Source: Felis catus (Eukaryota). From it: 64,000 bases of DNA. Location of the stretch: assembly GCF_018350175.1 (NCBI RefSeq), contig NC_058373.1:71734001-71798000 (forward strand). Reading direction: 5' to 3'. Both the position numbers and the translations under genes were made by a program. The notes under the pieces were generated by a model that was not told the origin of the DNA, did no database searches, and saw only the letters and a program-made list of their open reading frames with translations. Numbering within the stretch: position 1 is the first letter of the stretch; every line of letters begins with the position of its first letter. Of this stretch, positions 38,772 to 50,184 are shown in pieces.

Positions 38772-39480
38772 TGGGGCGCCTGGGTGGCTCAGCTGGTTAA
38801 GTGTCCAACTTTGGCTCAGGTCATCATCTCGCAGCCATGATCTCAGGGCTGAGTTCGGGCCCCCATCGGGCTTTGTGCTGACAGTTCAGAGCCTGGAGCC
38901 TGCTTCGGATGCTATGTCTCCGTCTCTCTCTCTGCCCTCCCCTGCTCATGCACTGTCTCTCTCTGTCTCTCAAAAATAAAAACTAAAAAAAAATGCATTA
39001 CATTTAAAAAAAGAAAAAAAGGGGGGCGCCTGGGTGGCTCAGTCGGTTAAGCGTCCGACTTCAGCTCAGGTCACGATCTCACGGTCCATGAGTTCGAGCC
39101 CCGCGTCGGGCTCTGGGCTGATGGCTCAGAGCCTGGAGCCTGCTTCCGATTCTGTGTCTCCCTCTCTCTCTGACCCTCCCCCGTTCATGCTCTGTCTCTC
39201 TCTGTCTCAAAAATAAAATAAACGTTAAAAAAAAAAAAAAAAAAGGAGGGAGGCACCTGGGGTGGCTCAGTCAGTTGAGCATCCAACATCCACTTAGGTC
39301 ATGAACTCGCGGTTCGTGGGATGGAGCCCTGAGTCCGGCTCTGTGCTGACAGCTTGGAGCCTGGAGCCTGCTTCAGATTCTGTGTCTCCCTCTCTCTCTG
39401 CCCCTCCCCCTCTCAACTCTGTCTCTCTCAAAAATAAAGATTAAAAAAATTAATAAAAAATAAATAAACACTAAAAAACA
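38514..39480 (+). mobile_element. Cluster of four head-to-tail SINECs
   Basis: Heads at 38523, 38773, 39021 and about 39250. Confidence 0.93.
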
Positions 39481-40082
39481 AAAACAGAAACAAATGATGT
39501 GGATTCCGAGAGGCAGCACAGTCACTGAGTGTCCCTCTGAGCCAGCGGAGCGCTAGAGGACGTCTTCCATTTAGTTGGGAAGACTGTATACAAATCTAAG
39601 AATCAAATAACAAAACAAGGTAGCACACAGCTAAGTACCCAAATGAGTGATACCAGAAGTATCATTGAAGAAGGTTAGGTTCAGGAGGGATTAATTGGCC
39701 TCAGGAAAGCTCACATAGGCGATCAAGCTGAGCTCTGCGAGATGGATAATATTTGAGAAAGGGCTCTCAGGGAAGAAACAAAAAAGAACAAAACATATTC
39801 AGGAGATAAAAGGAAGACCAGTCTGTTAGAATAGAAATTTGGTCACCAACCTTAACCCATTAGGTAAATTCAATAAACAGGAAGGCAGTGCAACAGAAAG
39901 AGACAATGTAACTTTGGAGCCAGACTTTACCTCATTTTCAATCCCACTTACTACATCTGCCACTTACTAAATCTGTGACCTTAACCTCTCCAAGCCTCAG
40001 TTTCCTTTTCTGGAAAATGGGACTATTAACATGGAACACATAATATTGCTTTGTAGATAAAATTGTATATAAAGCACAATGC

Positions 40083-40318
40083 TTTGGCACACAGTAAACA
40101 CTTTTTAATTTTTTTTAAGTTTATTTATTTATTTTGAGAGAGAGAAGGCATACGCAGGGGAGGGGCAGAGAGAGGGGGAGAGAGACTCCCACTCAAGCAG
40201 GGAGGAGAAGCCCGACCCAGGCCTTGACATGGGGCTCGAACCTACGAACCTCGACATCATGACCTGAGCCGAAAACACGAGTCAGATGTTTAACCGACTG
40301 AGCCCCCCAGGTGCCCCA
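40083..40318 (-). mobile_element. SINEC inserted in a MIR
   Basis: TSD CAGTAAACACTTTTT. Confidence 0.85.
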
Positions 40319-41127
40319 GTAAACACTTTTTTAAATGATAGCTATCATTCTTCATGAAGTACCCAGCACTATGCCAAGCACACAGCAGACCTTCACGAAA
40401 CGGTGGTTAATGTCATCCCTTTCCTTCTGTTGCTGTTGTCAGCCCTGGGCTGACCTGACCCTTAAGTAGGCCCGTGTTTCATGCCATCATACCACCCTAG
40501 GCACCTTAACACTGCATCACATTGAATATAGTTAATATACATATCCCTCATTCAACATCGTTCTTGCAGAAATGTATCTGAAATGATATTTAAAACTTTA
40601 TTTTTGAAATCGACCGCAAATAATTTGTAACTGGCACCACTCCTTCTGTCATTGCTGTACCTGGGAATGCCTATAAGATGAGAAAATCTAACCTAAGATT
40701 GTTTTGCAATCTGATCAACTTTTTGTCAAAAAAGTTGCCAAAATTGCCAAAGCTGCCAAATTTCAAAATAGATGAAGTCGGCTTTGTTCCTGTGGTAGCA
40801 GGTAAGTACACATTTTAAATCTGAGATTTTGCAGTGGACGCTTTCCATACTCCGTATAGTTTTCTTCCCAGTCTGGAACGCGTAGGCCCTTGGAAACCTC
40901 CCAGACCCTGGGCACTGAGCCTCTAGCACTTAATGGACGTAAGGGCCCTGAGACTGTGGCAGTTGGAAAGACTTGTGACGAATGACTAGGATCAAACACA
41001 CAAAGGAAGCCCTTCCCCAGGCTTCCTTGAGTGGGGCTGGCCAGCTGCAGGGTCAGCACCTACCTGAGGGGAAAGCATGTTTGCAACTTGAAAAGTCTGT
41101 GGTCAGCCATCTCTGTCAGCACAAAAT

Positions 41128-41323
41128 GTTTTATTTTTTTAATTTTTTTTACATTTATTTATTTTTGAGAGACAGAATCAGAGCACAAATGGGGGAGGGG
41201 CAGAAAGAGATGCAGCATGCGAAGCAGGCTCCAGGCTCTGAGCTGTCAGCACAGAGCCCATCTTATCTCACGAACCATGAGATCAGGAGGAAGCTTAACT
41301 GACTGAGCCCCCTGGGGCGTCCC
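41128..41323 (-). mobile_element. SINEC
   Basis: TSD CTGTCAGCACAAAATGTT. Confidence 0.85.
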
Positions 41324-42234
41324 TGTCAGCACAAAATGTTAATGGCAGCACTTGGCCCCTGCTGCCATCCCCATCCAGGACGCTTGAGTCTGCGACTGTT
41401 GATGAATAACCACTTGGTGATCCTCCCATCCCAATGAGAGAGGCTCAGCTGAGGGCCTGCAAAAGAGAAATGACTTNNNNNNNNNNNNNNNNNNNNNNNN
41501 NNNNNNNNNNNNNNNNNNNNNNNNNNNNNNNNNNNNNNNNNNNNNNNNNNNNNNNNNNNNNNNNNNNNNNNNNNNNNNNNNNNNNNNNNNNNNNNNNNNN
41601 NNNNNNNNNNNNNNNNNNNNNNNNNNNNNNNNNNNNNNGTCAACTGTTTGCTGGATAATGTTCTCCTGGGCACAAAAATCAATGTTTTGTTAGCTTTGTG
41701 GGGAGAAGCGCCTGAAGGGATCCCAGCTGTGGAAAAGGCAACCAGGCTCCACCTGGGAGGCGGAGGGACAGATGTCTCAGAAGTTTGGCCTCTGGCAATG
41801 TAGATCCTAGCAGCCTTGGAGATTTTTGCAACTTTGAGGAACATTTTATCTCAAAGGCAGTGAAGTCACACAAATCCCAGAGCTTGAGATGCTGGGTGAG
41901 AGCCAACACAGCAACAGGGACTTGAGAAGCCCAGAGCAAGCACCCCACTGCAGTCATTTGCTTGGTCCCTTGACAACTGTTGCACTATCCCCTTACTGTC
42001 AGTATTATAATTTACTGAATATATATGTACTCATTTAGCTCCAATAGTTCTTTTTATTTTTTTTAATGTTTATTTAGTTTTGAGAGAGAGCACGTGTGCG
42101 CGAGAGCCGGGGAGGGGCAGGGAGTGGGGGGTGTAGGATCTGAAGCTGGCTTTTCGCTGACAGCAGAGACCCTGACTCTGGTGGAGCTCAAGAACCAGGA
42201 GATCATGACCCAAACCAAAGTCAGATGCTCAACT

Positions 42235-43068
42235 TGAAAGAGCAGACCTAGGCCGGCGGACTAGTGACTATGTCCCTGACATGGCCGCAGAAAGAGGTTC
42301 CCGCTCAAACCTCAGACCACGCCTCCTCCCCTTGAGTAACTTATGTTTTCTAAGAAAGCGGGCTACTGATTGATGCATTCTTCTGAAGTCTAAAGTGGGA
42401 GGAAGGGAGTATGAGAGGGGTGGAAAGTGTGAGTAGAAGAGGGAGGGCTTCTCTCAGGTAGGGGCCAGAGGCAGGAGCCCTCAATCCTGCCCAGGCTTAG
42501 AATGACCTGGGAGCATTTTACCCCTCCCCAAACCAATTAATCAGAGTCTCTGGGGATGGTGTTTGGTGCTAGGTATTTATATAGCACAGCAAGGCTGACA
42601 GCCAATGGTTAATAGGTGACCAGTGAGAAATGTTCTGTATACACTGAGGCCAAACATGTTAGAGATCCTCAGACACAGTGGTTCTTAAACTTCAGGTGCA
42701 TCAGAATCTCCTGGAAGACTTGTTCACAGATTGTTGAGCCCCACCCCCAGAGTTTCTGATTCAGTAGGTCTGTGACCACCAGGCCCAACATTTGCATTTT
42801 TAACAAGTTCCAGGTGAAGCTGATGATTGCTGATCTGGGACCACACCTTGGCAGCCATTGTTCTATCCTTCCCCAGCCAATCGGCTAAGGCCATGATCCC
42901 TATAAAACCTTTGTGCTTTTGAAACCTGCTCTCTCTCCGGTGTCTCACTGCTGCCTCGGTTCAGGTAGGGGATTGAGCTCGAGCTAGCTCCAATAAAGGC
43001 TCTTGGCTTTTTCACCAGGGACTTGGCTCCCTGGTGGTCTTTGGGGATCACGAATTCTGGACATAACA
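42235..43068 (+). mobile_element. Gammaretrovirus-like (ERV1) solo LTR with an internal foreign segment, inserted in a SINE
   Basis: Starts TGAAAG and ends AACA, flanked by AACT/AACT (42231-34, 43069-72). CCAAT at 42877, TATAAAA at 42901, AATAAA at 42992. Confidence 0.8.
42676..42860. mobile_element. MER5A-like hAT-Charlie DNA transposon
   Basis: Typical MER5A sequence: CAGTGGTTCTTAAACTT...CCCCACCCCCAGAGTTTCTGATTCAGTAGGTCTG...ATTTGCATTTTTAACAAGTTCCAGGTG...GGGACCACAC. Confidence 0.8.
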
Positions 43069-43184
43069 AACTGAGCCACCCGAGCGCCCCTCAGATAATT
43101 CTTTTTCAATGAAATTGTGCAACACCTTATTTCAAGGAATACTGGTGTCACTTAATAAATACAAGTAAAAATAAGTTTAATAAG

Positions 43185-43590
43185 AGGCGCCTGGGTGGCT
43201 CAGTCGGTTGAGAGTCCAACTTAAGCTCAGGTCACTATCTCCCAGTTCGTGAGTTGGAGCCCCACGTCGGGCTCTGTGCTGACAGCTCAGAGCCTGGAGC
43301 CTGCTTTGGATTCTGTGTCTTCCTCCCTCTCTGCCCTTCCCCCACTCACACTCTGTCTCTCTTTCTCTCTTTCTCTCCCAAAAATAAACATAAAAAAACA
43401 TTTTTTTAGTAAATAAAAAATAAGCTTAATGAATGTCATCTAATTTTTAGGGTTTTTTTTAAAGCACCGTTGATTTTTTTTTTTAATTATAATTTTTTTA
43501 AGTAATCTCTACACCCAACATGGGACCTGAACTCATTACCCTGAGTTCAAGAGTCCTATGTTCTACCCACTGAGCCAGCCAGGTGCCCCA
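43185..43590. mobile_element. Two SINECs (plus 43185-43420; minus about 43480-43590)
   Basis: SINEC heads and tails in opposite orientations. Confidence 0.85.
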
Positions 43591-44639
43591 ACGTCATCCA
43601 ATTTTTAAAAATTCTACCCAGATATTGTTTTCAGTTGAAGACTCAGCCTGAAGTCTGTGGTCTCTGTTGGAAAAGGAGAGAAACAAACAATTTATTTACC
43701 TCCCTGCTCTAATACGAGACTTCCTCCTAAATTTTTATCACAGGGATCATAAGAGAACTATTGAAGGCAATGTTCATGCACCACCTAAGACTACAAACAG
43801 AGACACACTCACTGTGCTCTGCCTCCATGGGAACCATTTTCTCCTTCCCTTTTCAGCCTGGCATCACACCAAAGGGGTGGGTTGAAAGTCAGAAAGCTCC
43901 TGGCCCTGGCTCTGCCATTCACTCGGCCTTGGGAAGGGCACTTGCTGTTTCACAAACTCCAGCTCCTTCATTGGTACAAGAGGGAGTTGATCGAGGTATT
44001 TCTAAGGACTCTTCCAGCTCTAACCCTCTATTATCCCAAGACTCTCTCCAACAGGGCAAATTTCTGCCACAGAAGAACCCCACTCACCATGTTGCTTGGC
44101 CAGCTGGAACAGTGATTCTCTTACTGGAAGTGACTGTTTTTCTAGCTTCTGTAAGAACAGAAAGGCATTAGCCTCACTCCCCAGCCTTAATGCTGACTCT
44201 TTCAGGAACCCCTGAGCTAACCTGGGAGAGTGGGGTGTGGACCCTTACTTAGCCCATTTTTCTTCCAAGATTGGTTTCCCCTGTGGTCTGATGTTTCAGA
44301 GTTTCAAAGAAGAAACATGGGCACATGGAAGGAATAGGGGCATTGGAAACTGAGAAGCGTTGATTAAAATCTTATGTCTGACACTCTTTAGTTGTGTGAT
44401 GATGGGCGATTTTCTCAACTTTTCTCAGACATTTAAAAAAGTAATCATACTCGCCTCATAAAACTCTTAAGAGGGATGAACAATGTCAGTATTTATTGAG
44501 GGCATAAAAAGGCACATTATCTGCGGAGACTGAACAATAAAATTCCAGTGGTGTTCTTAAATGTCTGCTGTAGAAGGTCTGCAATACTTGCCCTGGGGTA
44601 TGAAATTCTTGGAAAGGCTAGCAGGGCTGTCCCCATGGT

Positions 44640-44682
44640 GTCGTCGTCGTCGTCCTCCTCCTCCTCCTCCTCCTCCTCCTCC
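44640..44682. repeat. (TCG)4(TCC)10 compound microsatellite
   Basis: Read directly; about 25 bp upstream of the RNASE8-like pseudogene start. Confidence 0.95.
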
Positions 44683-44705
44683 ATGCCATTACTCCCCTAA
44701 GAGAG

Positions 44706-45903
44706 AGGGCAGCAGCCAGAGGGGGATCATGCCCTCTGCGGCTGCTCCTGGGGCTGTGGCCAGTTGAGGTCCCAGTCAGTGCCAAGCCCAGCGACATGAC
44801 TGCAGCTCGGTGGTTTGAAACTCAGCACGTGCAGCAGGGGTGCAACACCGCAATGGGCAACATCGACAAGTACACAAAACACTGCAAAGACCTCAACACT
44901 TTCCTGCATGAAGCCTCTCCAGTGTGGCCGCTGATGAAGTTTTGGGGCGACGGGGGGGGGGGGGGTTCGTGGAGTCCAAAGCCGACAGCCAAGAAAGAAT
45001 TCTTGAAGACTTCTTTGGTGCAAAAGGTGATTTTATTAAAGCACGGGGACAGGACCCATGGGCAGGAAGAGCTGCACTGGGGGTCCTGATGGTAACTCAT
45101 TACATACCTTCAGGTTGGGAGGGGGGTCAGGGATAGACCTGAGGAATTTGGAAGCAAGGTTTCCAGGACCTCAAGGGACTAGCTATTGCTAGGGAAATGC
45201 CATTTATTACCGTTTAGTAAAACCTCAGTCATGAGGCCATTTATGTACATCGGTATGATATATCGATGTATAATGGGGGGGGGGGGCATAAGCTTGGAGT
45301 ATGATTGCCAGCATATATCTTGGGACAGTTGAGATAAAGGAAGTAGACTTAAAGGATCCTCAAGGTTGGGATAATGTTAAGCTAAGGTTCTCTCTTGCCC
45401 CAGCTAAGTGTCATCCTTGAGGCAGCTGAGCTCCTAGAGGGAGGTCATTCTGCTGGTTTCAAGGACTTGTCAGTGGGCTGTAGGCAGTAAGGGAATTTAA
45501 TTTTCCACTTGCCTTAGTTTCCCACATCACCATGGCAAGCACTTAAACCCCTTTCCTTTGTTCTTGTTCCTTGTCCAAGGAATATCACACAGATCCCACC
45601 TGGGGAGGGGATTGGGTGTTAGCTTGTGCTTTGGCCCCTCTGCCTGCCTCCTGCTCCCTTATCGGCCGCCACCTGTCAGACCCCCACTGTAGCCTGCAAG
45701 AAGGGCTGTGAAAACTGCCACCTGAGCCAAGGGCCAGTGTCCTTAACTACATGTGAGCTCACCTCAGGGAAGTACCCAGACTGCTGTACAGAGAGAAGCA
45801 ACTGGCCACTCCTTGCGTCATGGCCCGTGTCTCTCCATAACAGGAGGACGGCCTGGTTCCAGCTGGTGTCGACTGGTCACTGCACTTCAATAATATTGTC
45901 TAA
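44706..45903 (+). pseudogene. RNASE8: RNASE8-like pseudogene disrupted by an LTR
   Basis: Aligns with the 30242 gene. Lesions: ATG>AGG at 44706, 9-bp deletion of PKP, 1-bp frameshift near 44916, a 733-bp LTR at 44932-45664, a further frameshift near 45786 and an in-frame TAA at 45838. Ends CAC TTC AAT AAT ATT GTC TAA. QH and [10 protein letters not shown] are retained. Confidence 0.88.
44932..45664 (-). mobile_element. Solo LTR (probably carnivore ERV1-class) inserted in the RNASE8-like CDS
   Basis: GCCGC target-site duplication at 44927-44931 and 45665-45669. Termini are TGAT...ATCG, a degenerate TG..CA. Minus-strand AATAAA at 45032-45037. Removing the element restores AGT GTG GCC GCC ACC TGT (SVAATC). 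Confidence 0.85.
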
Positions 45904-47989
45904 AGTCGGTGTCCACCCTCCTCCCAAGGCCCCACCCTAAGCTCTGCAGACTCTGGACATTGCTGCTACATTTCCACCCTCCAGTTCTTTACTAATCCTT
46001 ATCCTCTTTGTAAATTCCACTTCCCTCCCACACACCCAACTTCACGCACACTTAATTGCATAGGGGATTTTATGGATGCTCCCAATGATGCAGAAAGAGG
46101 AGTCATTGTCTTTGGCCCTTCACTGCTGTTTATCTTGCTTCCTGTGTGTGATACCATGTGGCCCTTCAGGGGTCAAGCACTGAGGACCTCAGCAAAGATG
46201 GATCCAGGTTTTGTGGGGCCCAGGGCATACATAATGTTGAAGACCCTTTTAAAGAAAAGGAATATAAAATTACAATGCTAACCAAGTTCAGGCCTTGGAA
46301 GGGCTGTGTTTGGACAGTTCAGAGGGACCAAGGCAGGGGAGATTATCCAAGGAAAAAAGGCAGGAGAATTTTCACTGGGTTCCCTGTATTGGACAAAGGT
46401 GCCTGGTTTTGCTGTAATTAGAGATTCGGGTCTTCCTCACGAGTGTGTGTTACTATCCCAGGAAAGTACTGAGGTTTGGAAACCCTTTCTTATCTTTCAG
46501 GCATCAGCTGTACCTGTTCTGCAGGCAGGAGGGAGGGCAGCATCCTGAGCAGGCTCGGGCTGGGACGTCCAGCAGGGTCTGTCTCCCACCCACCTGAGAC
46601 CTGCCTGGGGGTCCCATCTCGAGTAAAGGAGACGGAGGGGAGGAAGAGCAGGTGATGCCTCCAGATGCCAGTCAGGTCTGAGGTCTGACCCCCTTGTTCG
46701 TCCTCATGGATCACCGATAAGACCCAGAGCAGGAACCTCAGATTTCTGAACTGAGTCTCTCTCCCTTGGGAATTTCAGAATCAGGACCTTCCGAGAATCT
46801 TGATCTGGTCCTAATTAGTGTTTCTCTAACCGTGATGAAGGAGCAGTTTTGTATGCAATCTGCCAGACCCATGCTTTTGTAAAATACAATAAGGTGAATT
46901 ACTAGGAAAATGAAATAGAACATACACATATAGAAAACAGCATCTGACTCCTGACTTCCGCTCAGATCATGATCTCACAGTTTGTGAGTTTGAGCCCTGC
47001 CTCGGGCTCCTCACTGAGAGCAAAACGCCTGCCTGGGATTCTCTCTCTCCCTCGATCTCTGCCTCTCCCCCGCTCTCTCCCTCCCTCAAAATAACTAAAC
47101 TTAAAAAAAAAGAAAACACAAGACCAAATTTCTTATTATTAGATTCAATTAACATAAAATCACTCTATTGAATTGGCATAAGAGTTTCTGGATGCTTCCT
47201 CTTCTATACTTTTCCTGTTTTCAAGAGAAAAACACATACACACATGTACACATAAATACTAATATAAGACATACACATCCATACACGTACACAGGGACAC
47301 ATTCACACATGTGCACGTGTGTGGACAACATATACAAACACATCGACACACATGAACACTCAACAGAGAACTAACCTCTCCTTCCCTCCTTCCCTCTACC
47401 AACTCGGCTTCCTTTTCACACTTTGAAAGAGACTTTCCTACACAGATTATGGCTCAGAACAAGCAAAGGATGTTTGGAGAAACATGAAGTGGCAGAGAAA
47501 GCAGAGAATCCAACAATTCTGACTCCCAGCCCCCCTCCCTGCTTTCTAGAAAGATTTAAGGCAGAGCTCCCTATGACCTACCACACCATGCTAGCCCACG
47601 CCAAATATGGCCTTGCCATACTGTACCTTGCCCATCACCATCGCTATCTGGCCACTCCTGTGCTCTTGACCAAGGAAGACATACTGGAAGTGAGAGAAAA
47701 ACATTCTCCTACCCATCTGGCATCTCCCCAGTGTCGTGGGCAGGCTCTACTTCCTCTGTCTGCACCTTAAATGATGGTGTTTTTCAGGGTCCTATTCTTA
47801 GCTCTCTTTTCTTCTCACAACAGCACTCTCTTGAGTAACTTGATGCACATCCAGGGCTTCAATTGCCACTTACCTGTTCCCAAAATCTTACCTCTCTCCC
47901 TGATCTCCCAAGTTCCAGACATGTAAAGCCATCTAGCTGCAGTTACTAGCCTCCTCAATGTCCTGTATGCATCTTAAGAAAAACACTCA

Positions 47990-48240
47990 GGGGGTGCCTG
48001 GGTGGCTCAGTCGGTTGAGTGTCTGACTTCAGCTCAGGTCATGATTTCACAGCTCATGAGTTTGAGCCCCGCGTCAGGCTCTGTGCTGACAGCCCAGAGC
48101 CTGGATGGAGCCTGCTTTGGATTCTGTGTCTCCCTCTCTCTGCCCCTAACCCACTTGCATTCTGTCTCTGTCTCTCTCAAAACTAAATAAACATTTTTAA
48201 AAAAAAATTTTTTTAATTAAAAAAAAAAGAAAAAGAAAAA
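47990..48240 (+). mobile_element. SINEC
   Basis: TSD AGAAAAACACTCAG. Confidence 0.9.
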
Positions 48241-49435
48241 CACTCAGAACTGAGCTCATGATCTGCCTGGCTTCCAAACTTGCCCCTCCTCCTGCAATCT
48301 CTCAGTCTTGGTTGGTAGAAACATACTCAATCATTCAAGGTCCTTATCTAAGAGACACCTGTATCAACTCATTCTTGTTTCCTTCTCTGGTAATTCACCA
48401 TTTATCCCAGGTGCTACCTTAAGAGGGCACAAAAGCTCTTGATTTGTTTGTTTGTTTGTTTGTTTGTTTCCAAATATCCTGGGTTCCTAACATGTGCCCA
48501 ACACAAGCGATGGCTTTGGAGGGGAGCTGTAATTTGGAGTTAGACAAACACACATAAATTGTTGCAATCAAGGATTCATTATCTAGCTTCAGAAGCAAAT
48601 AAAAACACCACCTTTGAAACATCATCAAACAATAACAGAAAGTACAATGACTCAAATAGATTCTATAACATTTTTCTCCCACTTCCCTCATTCATCCCAA
48701 CTAAGCAAACCCATTCTCTGTTAAATACAAATCCCCCTGTTACATGTTTCTGGCATACCACGGAGGCTATAACCAGAGTCAGGCAACACTAGGAGAAATT
48801 TGACCATTCAGTATCTATAAGAGTGGAGTCCTCAGAAGCTGGAGAGTGTGGAAAGAATTCAGAAAAGAATAAATCCTTCAATAGATTAATTATATCCAAA
48901 CAAGTTGTACAGCAACCTGGGTGGGAGTTTCTGACTTCCGTGTGTAGGTTGAAGAATTAGATGAAGTGTAACTTGAACCTTGGGGGCCTTTGACTGTGAA
49001 ACTGGCCCATTCAGAGTGTAATGACACAGCATCCATGAAGGAGGGCTCAGAGGGTCAGTTTGGGGCCTGAGAAGCTGCCCAAAAGTCTTGGGACAAAATC
49101 TCTGCTGGGCCACTGAGAACATGTTTCCGAAAAGTCACTTGAGAAGGGGCTCCCCAGCCATGTAAGACAACACAATTACTTCTTAGTAGGTAAGTTTGTT
49201 TTAACATGCAGAACTTTTTAAATTAAGGATAGAAATATTTAAAAGAATCAAACACGTAGCATTAATATGTTTATATGAAGTAATTTGTGCATATTTGGTA
49301 TTTTAAGTATTTGCAGTATTTAAGAAAATTTAGTCTATTACAGTAATAAACTGGCCTTACAATTCTAATTTAAAATGTGTAATTGGTTTAGATGGGTGAT
49401 TTGAGGTGGAACTTTGCTTTAAATTTAGTTTTGGA

Positions 49436-50145
49436 GGGGTGCCTAGGTGGCTCAGTCAGTTAGGGATCCGACGTCAGCTCAGGTCATGATCTCATGGTTC
49501 ATGAGTTCAAGCTCTGCATCAGGCTTTGTGCTGACCAATTAGAGCCTGGAACCTGCTACAGATTCTGTGTCTCCCTCTCTCTCTGCCCCTCCCCCGCTCA
49601 TGCTCTGTCTCTCTGTCTCTGTCTCAAATAAATAAACATTAAAAAAATTAATAATAAAATTAGTTTTAGAACATTGAAGGAAACAAAATTGAATCACCAT
49701 ATTTATAAACAGTTTAGATTTTAGTGTTTTAGGGATTCAGGAATGCCTTGTTGGTTTGCCAGATGACTGAATTACTTTATAAGAACAGGGAATATTTTAA
49801 ATGTGTAAAATATATTTTTTAATGTTTAAAGTAGTCTTATTAACTACATGTATAAATAGTACATGTATAGTACATGTATAAATAGTACATGAATAAATAG
49901 TCATCAAATACAAGCATATGAAGTGATTATCAAAATGTATGTTTGTGGGGCACCTGGCTGGCTCAGTTGGTTAAGCATCCAACTTTTGATTTTAGCTCGG
50001 GTCATGATTTCATGGTTCATGAGATTAAGCCCTGCTCTACACTGTCAGCACAGCGCCTGAGTGGGATTCTCTCTCTCTCCCTCTCTCTTTCTGCTTCTCG
50101 TGGGATTCTCTCTCCCCCACACTCACTCCAGCCCTCTTTCTCAAA

Positions 50146-50184
<39 letters not shown>

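Larger units (their letters stand above)
42050..43090 (-). mobile_element. SINEC split by the LTR (parts 42050-42234 and 43069-43090)
   Basis: The SINE body stops at ...GATGCTCAACT and resumes as AACTGAGCCACCCGAGCGCCCC. An imperfect TSD (ATAGTTCTTTTT / ATAATTCTTTTT) brackets the whole unit. Confidence 0.8.

Noticed and set aside
44796-45089. 97-aa [14 protein letters not shown]... as a functional RNase
   Set aside because: It has no signal peptide, frameshifts after LHEA and runs into the LTR; it is part of the pseudogene.
49845-49900. Short TACATGTATAAATAG tandem units that superficially resemble a repeat-spacer array
   Set aside because: It is a simple AT-rich minisatellite with no unique spacers, in a eukaryotic context.
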